DNA from: Terriglobia bacterium
GTDB lineage: Bacteria > Acidobacteriota > Terriglobia > 2-12-FULL-54-10
Length of the DNA stretch: 64,000 bases
Direction: 5' to 3'
Assembly (NCBI GenBank): GCA_963666975.2
Contig: CAXVYR010000004.1
Location: 1,952,001-2,016,000 of the forward strand
The position numbers and the translations under genes were made by a program. How positions within the stretch are numbered: the stretch's first letter is position 1; each line of letters opens with the position of its first letter. Under the pieces are notes generated by a model that worked only from the letters and a program-made list of their open reading frames with translations, searched no databases and had not been told where the DNA came from. Below, piece by piece: positions 31,333 to 41,687 of the stretch.

Positions 31333-31984
31333 CTAACCAATTACATGGAGAAGCTGAAAGGAAAGAACCGTTCTGCCGGCCACGGGTTTGCCAAATAAAG
31401 TGGCCGGGTCGAACACCGTAAACAGGAGATGGTTGCGAAGATTGCGGATGGCTTGCGGATCGTCGCTCCCTGCGACAACGTGGTAGTCAGCCACGCGGCC
31501 GTCGTGACTAATCAAGACCTCCACCACGAGCCCTTCCAAAGCGCTGCTGAACTCGAAGGGAGCGCTGCTTCGGAGTCGGGGAGATGTCCCTGAGGTTCAG
31601 CGGCACATCGTCGGAATCCGCCGTCACGGGAGCCGCGAACACGTGAATCAGCGTGCCGAAGATCAGCAGGGCCGAAAGAACCCCTGCCGCGGCCGGGAAA
31701 GCGACCGGAGCCATCAGATTCGCCCATCTCCACCGCCAGCCGGGTTGCTGTGCGCGCCACTTTTCCCGAGAAAGCCGGCGGCGAATCCGAAACCGAAAAT
31801 CGGACGGCAAAGCGGGAGCCGGAAGCTGCTTCAGCAAAGCTCCCACGCCGCGCAACTGCTCCAGTTCCTGCCGGCATTCAAGGCACTTTTCAAGATGACG
31901 GGTCACGGACCCCTGTTGCTGCGGGGAAAGGCATTCCTCCAGGTACGCCGAGAGGAGCTTTTTATTCTTCCAGCAAGCGAGCAT
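31333..31984 (-). pseudogene. zf-HC2 anti-sigma factor, frameshifted near 31590
   Basis: C...LSAYL...HLEKCLEC and a TM helix; one extra G moves PLNLR out of the frame reading TSPRLRSSAPFEF..LVVEVLISHDGRV. Confidence 0.8.
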
Positions 31985-31992
31985 GAAACACC

Positions 31993-32655
31993 CTATTCCG
32001 CCGGGTTCCACACCGGCATTCTGACCGGGGCCGGTTGCATGAGCGATTCCAATTCCAGCTTGAGCGATTGGCGCGCCCGCGCCAGTCTGGACTTGACGGT
32101 CCCCAAAGAGACGTGCAGGATTTCCGCTACCTCTTCGTAAGCGAGCCCTTCGATCTCTCGCAGGACCAGGACCGTGCGGGAGGATTCCGGCAGCCGCTGC
32201 AACGCCTTCCAGACCATTTCTTGAGTCTCCCGGGACAGCAGCGACTCGAAAGGGCTCTGCCTGCTGGCCGGGGAAAAACCCTTCAACTCCCGCTCTCCGT
32301 TCCGGCCTGCATCCAGCGAAAACTCCCGCTCTCGGTGACGGTACCACCAGCGGTTTTGATTTACGGCCGTATGGACCGTGATGCGATACATCCATGTCTT
32401 CAGCGAGCAATTCCCTTGGAATTTTTCAATGCTGCGGAAGACCTTGATAAAAACCTCTTGCGCCACGTCGGCGGAGTCGGCTGGGTCGTTGAGTATCCGG
32501 CTGGCCAATCGGGCGATCAACCAGTCAAAGGCTTCTTCGGACCCCGCTTGCAACTCTCTGATCCAGGCTCTTTCTTCCTCATCGCCAAACCGGTTGTAAA
32601 TGGACTCGAGCAAGGCGCATCTCCTGCTCTTAAACTGGGGGATTACTACCGTCAA
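31993..32655 (-). CDS. ECF sigma-70 factor
   Basis: DVAQEVFIKVF, LKTWMYRI, LREIEGLAYEEVAEIL, GTVKSRLARAR; region 2.1 looks shortened. Confidence 0.9.
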   Translation of the reverse strand: MTVVIPQFKSRRCALLESIYNRFGDEEERAWIRELQAGSEEAFDWLIARLASRILNDPADSADVAQEVFIKVFRSIEKFQGNCSLKTWMYRITVHTAVNQNRWWYRHREREFSLDAGRNGERELKGFSPASRQSPFESLLSRETQEMVWKALQRLPESSRTVLVLREIEGLAYEEVAEILHVSLGTVKSRLARARQSLKLELESLMQPAPVRMPVWNPAE

Positions 32656-32890
32656 CCATACCAGCGTAGCCCCGAGTTTTCAACTGGTCCCTCTTCTGTA
32701 CAGACGCCGCCGGGCATGAAAAGGTTCCCGGCCATTGCCTGTGAAGGTTAGGATATTCTGCACAGCAGGCTGTATGATGGGGTCCCGGCATGTGGATAAC
32801 ATGCTTTGTTTTGAGCCTGATCCGGGGTGAATACAGGACACGCGAATACAGAACTAAAGATCAGAACAAAAGGGACAAAAGAAGGTAGCG

Positions 32891-33973
32891 ATGAAGCCAT
32901 CCTGGCTGCTGGCTGTTATGATCCTTTTGGGTTTGGGAGCACACATGGGGTTGGAAGGGAAACAGAGGGAACTCTCACAAACATCCGCAAAAGGTCCTAC
33001 CGGTTTCGTCTATGACGAGGTTTATCTGCGCCACCTGCCGGGACGAACCGAGCACCCGGAGCGTCCCGAACGGCTGACCGCCATTCTGGATGGCTTGGAG
33101 AGGACCGGCCTGTTGCAGTCGTTGCAGCGCATCGCTCCACGGAATGCGACCGAGGAAGATCTGGCCCTGGCACATGACGCAGCTTATCTGGCGCTGGTCC
33201 GCGAAGAGGTGGAGAATCTCCAGAGAGTAAAAAACCTCAGCACAGGAGACACGCTGGTCTCGCCCGGCTCGTTCGAGGCAGCCCGGATGGCGGCCGGTGG
33301 GGTGCTCGCAGCCGTGGATGCGGTGATGGCGGGGCAAGTGCGGAATGCCTTCTGCGCCGTTCGCCCGCCGGGACACCATGCCACCGGCAACCGCGGAATG
33401 GGGTTTTGCCTTTATAACAACGTGGCCGTTGCGGCACGCTACCTGCAAAAAATTCACGCGGTCGAGCGGGTGCTGATTGTCGATTGGGACTATCATCACG
33501 GCAACGGCACTCAGGACATTTTTTACCGGGATGGCACGGTCTTTTACTTCAGCACGCATGAGTACGGCGCTTACCCCGGAACGGGACACCCCTCCGAGAG
33601 AGGCGACGGCGAGGGAACGGGTACCACGCTGAATGTTCCCTTGCCGGCGGGGGCATCGGACGCCGAGATTCTCCAGGCGCTGGAGACAAAGCTGGTTCCG
33701 GCAGCGCGGGACTTCCGCCCGGACTTTATCCTGATCAGCGCCGGTTTCGACGCCATGCGCAATGACCTGCTGGGCAACATGGACGTGACGCCGGAAGGCT
33801 TCGCCGCCATCACTCGCGTGGTGGTTGATCTTGCCGAGGAGCTATGCCAGGGCCGGATTGTTTCGGTGCTCGAAGGCGGCTACCGCCTGGACGGGCTGGC
33901 CGAGAGCGTAGCCGCCCACCTGCAGGCGCTGCAAGGGGCTGTCAGCGGCAGGTCTGTTGCTGCCAGTCATTAG
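32891..33973 (+). CDS. Histone deacetylase family protein
   Basis: HPERPERL, RPPGHHA, MGFCLYNN, DWDYHHGNGTQ, SAGFD, LEGGY. Confidence 0.94.
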   Translation: MKPSWLLAVMILLGLGAHMGLEGKQRELSQTSAKGPTGFVYDEVYLRHLPGRTEHPERPERLTAILDGLERTGLLQSLQRIAPRNATEEDLALAHDAAYLALVREEVENLQRVKNLSTGDTLVSPGSFEAARMAAGGVLAAVDAVMAGQVRNAFCAVRPPGHHATGNRGMGFCLYNNVAVAARYLQKIHAVERVLIVDWDYHHGNGTQDIFYRDGTVFYFSTHEYGAYPGTGHPSERGDGEGTGTTLNVPLPAGASDAEILQALETKLVPAARDFRPDFILISAGFDAMRNDLLGNMDVTPEGFAAITRVVVDLAEELCQGRIVSVLEGGYRLDGLAESVAAHLQALQGAVSGRSVAASH

Positions 33974-34030
33974 CCAGCTTCCCCTTTCCGAATTACTGAT
34001 CTCAAACTCTGGAATGAAAGGAAAACAGTC

Positions 34031-34810
34031 ATGACTCAAAGCCGCTTAGAAGGGCGCGTGGCTTTTGTGACGGGCGGCGGGCGCGGCATCGGCAAAGCTA
34101 TTGCCACCCGTCTTTATGCGGAAGGAGCAGAAATCGGGATCTGCGGGACCGCGCCGGAAGCAGTAAATCAGGCGGCGCAAGAGATCGCGCAGAACGGGCG
34201 CGGGGTGCTGGCGCTTCCCTGCGACGTGTCGGACCCGGCCCAAGTGAAGGCCACGGTGGCGAAGGTCAGGGAGCGTTTCGGCAAGGTGGACATACTGATC
34301 AATAACGCCGCCATCATGCTGCGTCACATCGGGGCCGAGCGCGCCACACGGCCTTTCCAGGAACTGGCGGTCGAGGACTGGGATCGGGTCATGGCGGTAA
34401 ATGTCCGCGGCCCCTGGCTGTGCGCCGGGGCGGTCTTCCCGGATATGAAAGGGCAGGGGTGGGGCCGCATCATCAACATCACATCAAGCACCGTCTATAT
34501 GGGCAAAGGCAACGGCCTGCAATACGTCACCTCCAAGGCCGCGCTGGTGGGACTGACCCGGCGGCTGGCGACCGAGGTGGGACGCCATGGAATTACCGTC
34601 AACGCCATCTCCCCCGGCTTGACCCAATCGGAGACTGTGCTGGAGCACGACTATGCGGAGAGGAGCCAGGAGATAGCCAGGGCCTCGCCGATTCCGCGCC
34701 TCGAATATCCGGAAGATCTGGCCGGGGCTGCGGCGTGGCTTGCTTCCGACGATGCCGCCTTTGTCACCGGCCAAGTCGTCAGCGTGGATGGCGGCCTCAG
34801 CATGCACTGA
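34031..34810 (+). CDS. SDR family oxidoreductase
   Basis: TGGGRGIG, NNAA, YVTSK, NAISPG. Confidence 0.94.
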   Translation: MTQSRLEGRVAFVTGGGRGIGKAIATRLYAEGAEIGICGTAPEAVNQAAQEIAQNGRGVLALPCDVSDPAQVKATVAKVRERFGKVDILINNAAIMLRHIGAERATRPFQELAVEDWDRVMAVNVRGPWLCAGAVFPDMKGQGWGRIINITSSTVYMGKGNGLQYVTSKAALVGLTRRLATEVGRHGITVNAISPGLTQSETVLEHDYAERSQEIARASPIPRLEYPEDLAGAAAWLASDDAAFVTGQVVSVDGGLSMH

Positions 34811-34859
34811 GAAGAAGCGGAAGAGATAGCAGAGAAGCAACAGCGGAAAGGGATCAACC

Positions 34860-35231
34860 TTGCAGATAGGACTATTAGTCGTCTTCGGAGCTTTGGGAAC
34901 CCTGGCGCGCTACGCGCTGCAAGGCTGGGTGCAGAACCACACCGATTTTCGTTTTCCGAGCGGCACGCTGGCGGTCAACGTGCTGGGATGCTTTTTGCTG
35001 GGCGGCGCCGGCCAGTTTGCATTGCGACACATTACGGTGCCCCCGGACTGGCGTGTCGGCTTGACGGTTGGGTTCTTCGGGGCGTTCACAACCTTTTCCA
35101 CATTCGGATGGGAAACGGTGCGGATGCTGGAAGATGGCGAGTGGATGAAAGCGGCGCTCTATGCGGGAACCAGCCTCATCGGTGGTTTGCTCGCCGTTTT
35201 TCTCGGCATCCGGCTGGCGGACATGCTCTAG
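34860..35231 (+). CDS. crcB: Fluoride efflux channel CrcB/Fluc
   Basis: GALGTLARY, GTLAVNVLGCF, GFFGAFTTFSTF. Confidence 0.94.
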   Translation: MQIGLLVVFGALGTLARYALQGWVQNHTDFRFPSGTLAVNVLGCFLLGGAGQFALRHITVPPDWRVGLTVGFFGAFTTFSTFGWETVRMLEDGEWMKAALYAGTSLIGGLLAVFLGIRLADML

Positions 35232-35239
35232 GAGGGAAA

Positions 35240-35584
35240 ATGGAACATGCTCGATTCGAAGGGGAGCGCACGCTGATGCGAGTTCACATCGGCGAGTCGG
35301 ACAAATGGCAAGGCGGCCCTTTGTATCAGGGTCTCGTGGAATTGTTCCGGCAGGAGGGTTTGGCTGGTGTCACCGTGCTGCGCGGGGTGGGAGGTTACGG
35401 CTCCGCCAGCCGCTACCATACCGAGAAAATTCTGCGGCTTTCGCAGGACCTGCCCATGGTTCTCGAAGTGGTGGAATACTCGGAACGGGTGGAACGCATC
35501 CTGCCCCGGCTGGACGAGATGATCGGCGGAGGCTTGATCACGCTGGAGAAGGTCCGCGTCATCCTTTACCGCTCCAGCAAATAG
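35240..35584 (+). CDS. DUF190 family (PII-like) protein
   Basis: IGESDKW, GLAGVTVLRGVGGYG, LSQDLP, GGLITLEKV; usual crcB neighbour; GGAGG RBS. Confidence 0.9.
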   Translation: MEHARFEGERTLMRVHIGESDKWQGGPLYQGLVELFRQEGLAGVTVLRGVGGYGSASRYHTEKILRLSQDLPMVLEVVEYSERVERILPRLDEMIGGGLITLEKVRVILYRSSK

Positions 35585-35679
35585 CAATCCGTTGCCGCAC
35601 GAAAGCTCGACCTCTTACTGCAAGAGCCCCACCTCTACAGCCGCAGCCTGGGCCGCATGCTTTGGTGTACCATGGCACT

Positions 35680-37227
35680 GTGGCTGACGGCTCGACAAAC
35701 ACTCCTGGGAAGATTTATCTGGTGGGCGCAGGGCCCGGCGACCCCGGCCTGCTGACGCTGAAGGGGCAGACCATTCTGCGCGCAGCCGACGTGGTCGTCT
35801 ATGACTACCTGGCTAATCCCGAACTGTTGCTTGAAACCAAGCCGGGAGCGGAGATCATCTACGCGGGAATGCACGCCGAGAAGCGTCTCTCCCAAGAACA
35901 GATCAACCAGCTTCTGGTTGACCGTGCGCGGCAGGGCAAGCAAGTCTGCCGGTTAAAAGGGGGTGACCCGTTTATATTCGGAAGGGGCGGTGAGGAGGCC
36001 GAGCATATCGCCGCTTCCGGCATCCCGTTTGAGATCGTGCCGGGCGTCAGCTCCGGCTACGCCGTCCCCGCCTATGCGGGCATCCCGCTCACCCACCGGC
36101 GGCTCTCCTCCACGGTTACGTTCATCACAGGGCATGAAGACCCGGAAAAGGAGAGCGGCACGAAGCTCGATTGGGAACGGATCGCCCACGGCGCCTCCAC
36201 GCTGGTGTTTTTCATGAGCGTGAAGACGCTCCCGGCTATCGCCCGGAAGCTGATCCGGGCCGGGCGCGCGCCGTCCACGCCGGTGGCGCTGATCCGCTGG
36301 GGAACGCGCGGGGAGCAACGGGTGGTCACGGGCACTCTGGAGACGATTGCCGGCGATGTAAAGAAGGCCGGGCTGAAACCGCCGGCCCTGATCGTGGTGG
36401 GAGACGTGGTCAGCCTGCGGGAGAAGGTGCAATGGTTTGAAAAGCTGCCGTTGTTCGGAGAGCGCGTGCTCATCACCCGTTCGCGGGACCAGGCCGCCGA
36501 GATGGCGGCGCCATTGCGCTCCCTGGGGGCGGAGACCATCGAGCTGCCGACGATCGCCATTCACGACCCGGAAGACTGGTCGCCGCTCGATCGGGCTCTG
36601 GAGACGGCCGGGAGCTACGACTGGATCATCTTCACCAGCGCAAACGGCGTGAGAAAGTTCATGGACAGAATGGGGGTGACCGGCCAGGACATCCGCAGCC
36701 TGGCCGGAGCAAAAATCTGCGCCATCGGCCCGGCTACGGCGGAGGAGTTGCGCAGACATCTGCTGCAGGTAGCAAAGGTGCCCCGCGAGTACCGGGCGGA
36801 AGGCGTGCTGGAGGCATTTTCCGATGAGCCGCTCGCGGGCAAGCGCTTCCTCATCCCTCGCGCCAGGGTGGCACGGGACGTGCTGCCGGATGAGTTGCGA
36901 AAGCGCGGGGCGCAGGTGGACGTGGCGGAAGCCTACCGGACCCTGCCGCCCGCCGACTCGGCGGAAAGAACGCAGGTGATCTTCTCCCGGCACCCGCCCA
37001 CCGTCATCACCTTTACCAGCTCGTCCACGGTGGAAAATTTTCTCCGGCTGCTGCCGGAGGGGGAGCAATCCGCCTATCTCAACAACGTAAAGCTCGCCTC
37101 CATCGGTCCCATTACCAGCGGCACCCTGCGCCGCCACGGGCTCCCCGTCGATATCGAAGCCCGCGAATACACCATCCCCGCGCTGGTTGCGGCCATCGTG
37201 GAAAGTCTCGGTAAAAATGCCCGGTAA
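35680..37227 (+). CDS. cobA: Uroporphyrinogen-III C-methyltransferase / uroporphyrinogen-III synthase fusion
   Basis: LVGAGPGDPGLLT, RLKGGDPFIFGRGGEE, then HemD motifs FTSANGV, AIGPATA, FTSSSTV. Confidence 0.94.
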   Translation: MADGSTNTPGKIYLVGAGPGDPGLLTLKGQTILRAADVVVYDYLANPELLLETKPGAEIIYAGMHAEKRLSQEQINQLLVDRARQGKQVCRLKGGDPFIFGRGGEEAEHIAASGIPFEIVPGVSSGYAVPAYAGIPLTHRRLSSTVTFITGHEDPEKESGTKLDWERIAHGASTLVFFMSVKTLPAIARKLIRAGRAPSTPVALIRWGTRGEQRVVTGTLETIAGDVKKAGLKPPALIVVGDVVSLREKVQWFEKLPLFGERVLITRSRDQAAEMAAPLRSLGAETIELPTIAIHDPEDWSPLDRALETAGSYDWIIFTSANGVRKFMDRMGVTGQDIRSLAGAKICAIGPATAEELRRHLLQVAKVPREYRAEGVLEAFSDEPLAGKRFLIPRARVARDVLPDELRKRGAQVDVAEAYRTLPPADSAERTQVIFSRHPPTVITFTSSSTVENFLRLLPEGEQSAYLNNVKLASIGPITSGTLRRHGLPVDIEAREYTIPALVAAIVESLGKNAR

Positions 37228-37429
37228 AACGGGCGGAGGAAAAGTCCGCAGGCCTTCCGCTTGGAGGATGTTGCGAGTGATTGGGGTATCGAACACTTTG
37301 GAAGTGGCACAACGACTGGGACAGGGTATTGACACCTCAAAAACTGTCACGGTCTTTGTCGCATGGCCTTTCAGCCTTGGTTATGCTGGGGTTATGCTGG
37401 CGGCGCAGAGGCGGAAGGATGCGTAGCAA

Positions 37430-37516
37430 GACCAGACCGTTTTTTGTACCAAACCTAGCGAGAGAGTTCACACCACAGCTTGTGGCTGTGAAATGGGTTT
37501 TGGGAAGCAAGGCTGG
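37430..37516 (-). mobile_element. IS3-family end remnant
   Basis: Near-identical reverse complement of about 15138-15226. Confidence 0.7.
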
Positions 37517-37521
37517 CCTGA

Positions 37522-37900
37522 AGAGTCTGTGTGAAAACCCCTCTTAACTGATCTCGTATAATGCACCTCAAGGAGGCGCGATGAAATTCTTGATCTGCAA
37601 CCCGGAGCAAGCGTATCTGCTGCCGCCCAGCGTGCGGGACGTACTCGGAGAAGGACACGTTAGTTTCTTTCTGCACCGAGCCGTGGAGCGGTTGGACCTG
37701 AGCACATTCGAGCAGGGATACGTGGAAGAAGGACGCCCGGCCGATCACCCTGTCCTGCTGCTGAAAGTGTGGCTGTATGCCTACGTGTTGGGGCTCACCT
37801 CGGCGCGGCGGCGGGAGCGGATTGAGAAACCAGAAGGTATGCTGTTATGCATCAGCGGGTTCGTCCCAAAACAAAAATCGGAGGTTTTCACACAGACTCT
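37522..37900 (+). mobile_element. Internally deleted IS1182-family element (MITE-like, 379 bp)
   Basis: Perfect 18-bp inverted repeats AGAGTCTGTGTGAAAACC; truncated transposase LLPPSVRD...GRPADHP.LLLKVWLYAY. Confidence 0.85.
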
Positions 37901-38198
37901 ATAGCCGCTGAGGGAAACCAATCTCAGTGGCTAAAGCCGCTTTCCGGCAGCTCGTTCTCGGCACGGTTAAAACCGTGCCCTGACGTTGAAATTGACCCAC
38001 TACCGAAGAGCCGGCGGCATTGGAAAATAGCGCGAATGGAGCTACAATTGTACCTCAGGTCGTCAAATCCAGCATTTCTTGCGTTGCAGTATGGAAAGGG
38101 CAGCCCGGAAGCTGGATTTGAATTCGTGTTCTGTTGCAGCGCAAAGAGAGAGGAGCAGGCGTTTGAGGCGTGGTTACGGCTCAACACCTGTAGGTTCG

Positions 38199-39632
38199 AT
38201 GATCAATGCCGCGGTCTGCCGGCAGACGTCCCGCTACCGAAACGAATTTGTAAACGCCCGTCCCTTTCCGCACGTCGTCATCGACTATTTCTTTGAAGCC
38301 GGCCATGCAGAACAGTTGCTGGCTGAATTCCCTCCCTTCGATCCGGCTAACGCCCTAAACGAATTCGGAGAAGTAGGCCGCAAGGCGACGGTCACCGATA
38401 TCCGGAAAATCAGCCCTTTTTACGCCCAGGTTTACCGCTTTATCGCTTCGCAAGATTACCGGGACTTCATATCGCAGGTCACCGGCATTCCGGATTTGCT
38501 GTTTGACGAGTCGCTATTCGGCGGCGGGGCGCAAGAAAACCTCGAGGGGCAGGACTTGGATCCGCACGTGGACTTTAACTATCTTGAGGACCGCATGCTG
38601 CACCGCCGGTTGAACGTGCTGCTGTATCTGAACAAAGAGTGGGAGAAGAATTGGGGCGGCTGCATCGAATTGCACTCCAACCCCCGGCGGCCGGCGGAAA
38701 ATCAAATCAAGGTGGTGGAGCCCCTGTTCAACCGCTGCGTCATTTTCGAGACCAGCGAGCGTTCCTGGCACGGCTTCGAGCGTATTCGTCTCCCCGAAAA
38801 CAAAAAGCACCACTCGCGGAAAATGCTATCGCTTTATTTGTACACGCGCGACCGGCCCGCTGAGCAGATCGCGCCCCCTCATTCCACCTTCTACATTCAG
38901 AGGCCAAAGCCCGCGCGCCTGGTCCCCGGACACACCCTCACTGAGGAAGATGTGCGGCAGATCGAACAAGACTACTACCGGCGCGACAACTGGATCGAGC
39001 GCTATCAAAAAATGGAGCTTGAGGATTCCCGGAAGCTGCAGGCCTTCACCGGCTATACCAACGAGCAGCATCCAGCACATAAAATCCATGCCGCGCAGAG
39101 GGGGCAGATACCACACACGCTACCTGAAAGCAGTGCAGCATGCCCGGCGCTGGGCGCGCCTCCTGCTTCCGGGAAAAAAAATGGAGCCCCTTCCTCCATG
39201 CCTACGGAATCCGCACAGGATGCCCTGCTGGTTCCTTTGACTGGGTACGCGCTTCAGGAAGGCCCGGCGCTGGGATTCTGGCCGGATAATGGCTGGATTG
39301 GCAATCCTTTTGAGGTGGCTATCCGGCTCCATAGGCCGCTGGATTCGATCATTGTCCAGGGGTATTTGCCTGAACAGATCCAGCAAGAGATAGAACTTTG
39401 CATCTCGGTGAACGGCGTTATGACCTCGCGGCACAGGGTTCCCCCCGGGCTGTTCTCGCTGCAGGTCAGTTCCCCGGCAAGCATGGGGGAAACCATGAAA
39501 CTGCGGATCACTTCGGACAAGTCCTACTGCCCGGCGCATGCTGGCACGGGCACCGATATACGAGACCTCGTGTTTTCCCTAAGGGAGATTCGCATGCTCC
39601 ATGCGGCGCAAACTGCAACTGCCGCGAGATAG
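38199..39632 (+). CDS. 2OG-Fe(II) oxygenase with C-terminal extension
   Basis: ARPFPHVVID, LDPHVDFN, HRRLNVLLYLN, PLFNRCVIFETSERSWHGF. Confidence 0.85.
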   Translation: MINAAVCRQTSRYRNEFVNARPFPHVVIDYFFEAGHAEQLLAEFPPFDPANALNEFGEVGRKATVTDIRKISPFYAQVYRFIASQDYRDFISQVTGIPDLLFDESLFGGGAQENLEGQDLDPHVDFNYLEDRMLHRRLNVLLYLNKEWEKNWGGCIELHSNPRRPAENQIKVVEPLFNRCVIFETSERSWHGFERIRLPENKKHHSRKMLSLYLYTRDRPAEQIAPPHSTFYIQRPKPARLVPGHTLTEEDVRQIEQDYYRRDNWIERYQKMELEDSRKLQAFTGYTNEQHPAHKIHAAQRGQIPHTLPESSAACPALGAPPASGKKNGAPSSMPTESAQDALLVPLTGYALQEGPALGFWPDNGWIGNPFEVAIRLHRPLDSIIVQGYLPEQIQQEIELCISVNGVMTSRHRVPPGLFSLQVSSPASMGETMKLRITSDKSYCPAHAGTGTDIRDLVFSLREIRMLHAAQTATAAR

Positions 39633-39892
39633 CGCGAACGTCAGGAATCCTTCTCACTCTCCTCACAAATCCCGCCCCAGCCGCCCTGCCAGCGCTAGCT
39701 CCTCCGACGTTGCTTTCGATGCCGAGCAAAACGCAAAAAATATCCTGCCCGGGAAATGGCACGCTATTCTCATCCTAATAAGTGGCCAAGGTTTGCAGGC
39801 AAAGGTTTGCAGGCATTTGAGCGGCAGAACGAGCGGATGTTTGGCTAGCCTATTCTTCTTTTTTGCCAAAAACCTGAGGCCTCAATCTGGAG

Positions 39893-41605
39893 GTGAAGCC
39901 AGCGATGGATTCTCAAATGGACTCTCAAAGAGATACCTTTCACTGCAAAACCTCTAACTGCAATGCCCCGGAGATCCCGGACAAGCGTCTCCGCAGTCTG
40001 GCCGGACGTTTAACCGTTCTGCTCCGTGCCAATCATTTTCTGCTGGCACTGATTCTGATAGCGACCCCATCGTTCGCCGACGTGATTGTTCTAAAAGCTG
40101 GCCGCCGCATCGTCGCCCGCTCCGCTTCCGAACAGGGAGGCAAAGAAGGAGGCCAAGAAGCAGGAAAGATATCCTATGAGGTGTCAGCCGGCAGCATCAC
40201 CATACCCAAATCACTGGTAGCGCGGATCGAAAAAGGAGAAATCGCAACGCGGAAGCCTGCTTTGGTTTCTAGCGAGGAAGTTTCCATCGAGGAAACGAGC
40301 GATGAAAATCCTATCCAAGAACTTTCCAGTCAGATTCAGACGCGCCACGCAGATGTAGAGTCCATCATCCGGAACGATGCCGTGGACGAGAAGCGTTTGC
40401 AGGAGATGGCCAGCTTAGCCGGCCATGGCGACAAGGAACGTCGGACCGCGGTGGATGCCTACCTGACGGCTGCTTCCTTTGAGGTCCAGCAGGAACGGCT
40501 CGGCCCGGCCAGCCGATGGGCGGAACAGGCATTGCGGTTGTCGCGGCGCGACATCAACGCCTTGCTGTTGAGCGCCCAGATCGATATTGCCCGCCAGCAA
40601 TACAGCGAGGCGATTGAGCATTTGCGGCTTGCGCAGAGCATCGAGCCCGATTCCCCGGATGTGCCTACCTTGCTGGGCTATGCCTATTACTACGCGGACG
40701 GAGCCGGGAAGGCTTCCCGGCATTGGAAGCGTGCCTACGCGATGCGCCCGGATGGCGATCTCAGGGAACTGATCCAGCAGACCGAGCGCGAGGAGCAAGT
40801 GGAAAGCGGATATCGGCAGGCGCACAGCGGACACTTCCTGTTTCAGTGGGATAGCTCGGAAGTATCTCCCTCCTTCAGCCGGGAGATACTTGCCACGTTG
40901 GAACGGCAGTACTGGGAGCTGGAGTTGGCGCTGGACTTTGCGCCCCGCGAACCGATCGTGGTTATTCTCTACGCCGCCAGGCAGTTCAAGGATATTACGC
41001 AAGCGCCCGGCGCCCTCAACGACGGCAAAATTCGGGTTCCGGTGCAGGGCTTGAGCAGCGTCAACGGAGACCTCGCCAGAGTTTTGAAACACGAGCTGGC
41101 GCATTCGTTTGTTCATCGCCTCTCTCTCGGGCGCTGTCCTGCGTGGCTCAACGAGGGATTAGCCCTGGCGGAAAGCGGCGAGAGGCTTCCCCAATCCGGC
41201 CCATGGCTCGCCATGCTCTATAGCCAGTCCCGGCATGTTCCTCTGGCACAGCTGGAAAAATCCTTTACGCAGTTTAATTCTTCCTTGGCGGCGGTCTCCT
41301 ACGCTTCATCCGAATCAGCCGTATCCCGGTATGGCTCGGGGCTGACACGGCTCTATAGCCAATCCAGTCGAGTTCCTCTGACACAACTGGGCGGACCTTC
41401 TCCAGCTACCATCGGCTATGCGGAATCGCAAGCCGCCGTGGAGATGATCCGCGACCAATACGGCCCTTACCAGTTGTCGCGATTATTGAAAGTCCTGGGA
41501 GAAGGTAAGACAATGCCAGAGGCGCTCGAAGAAGTTTTGCGGATGGACTACGCGGAATTGGATGCGGAATTGGGCAGCTATTTGACACGGCGCTACCGTC
41601 CCTGA
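39893..41605 (+). CDS. TPR-containing peptidase MA family metallopeptidase
   Basis: TPR-like helices; KHELAHSF and PAWLNEGLA; start uncertain. Confidence 0.82.
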   Translation: MKPAMDSQMDSQRDTFHCKTSNCNAPEIPDKRLRSLAGRLTVLLRANHFLLALILIATPSFADVIVLKAGRRIVARSASEQGGKEGGQEAGKISYEVSAGSITIPKSLVARIEKGEIATRKPALVSSEEVSIEETSDENPIQELSSQIQTRHADVESIIRNDAVDEKRLQEMASLAGHGDKERRTAVDAYLTAASFEVQQERLGPASRWAEQALRLSRRDINALLLSAQIDIARQQYSEAIEHLRLAQSIEPDSPDVPTLLGYAYYYADGAGKASRHWKRAYAMRPDGDLRELIQQTEREEQVESGYRQAHSGHFLFQWDSSEVSPSFSREILATLERQYWELELALDFAPREPIVVILYAARQFKDITQAPGALNDGKIRVPVQGLSSVNGDLARVLKHELAHSFVHRLSLGRCPAWLNEGLALAESGERLPQSGPWLAMLYSQSRHVPLAQLEKSFTQFNSSLAAVSYASSESAVSRYGSGLTRLYSQSSRVPLTQLGGPSPATIGYAESQAAVEMIRDQYGPYQLSRLLKVLGEGKTMPEALEEVLRMDYAELDAELGSYLTRRYRP

Positions 41606-41687
41606 CTGCAACCCCATCATTTAGATTTTTACTCTCCAGCTTCCCCCATGAGAGAATAGAAACCCGTACCAGCGGAAGGGCAAAGGA

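Noticed and set aside
34700-34860. Fluoride riboswitch upstream of crcB
   Set aside because: Only a 49-bp purine-rich spacer after the SDR gene, with no recognisable riboswitch consensus
35161-35679. 173-aa N-terminal extension of CobA/HemD
   Set aside because: Overlaps crcB and DUF190 in another frame; homology begins near 35700
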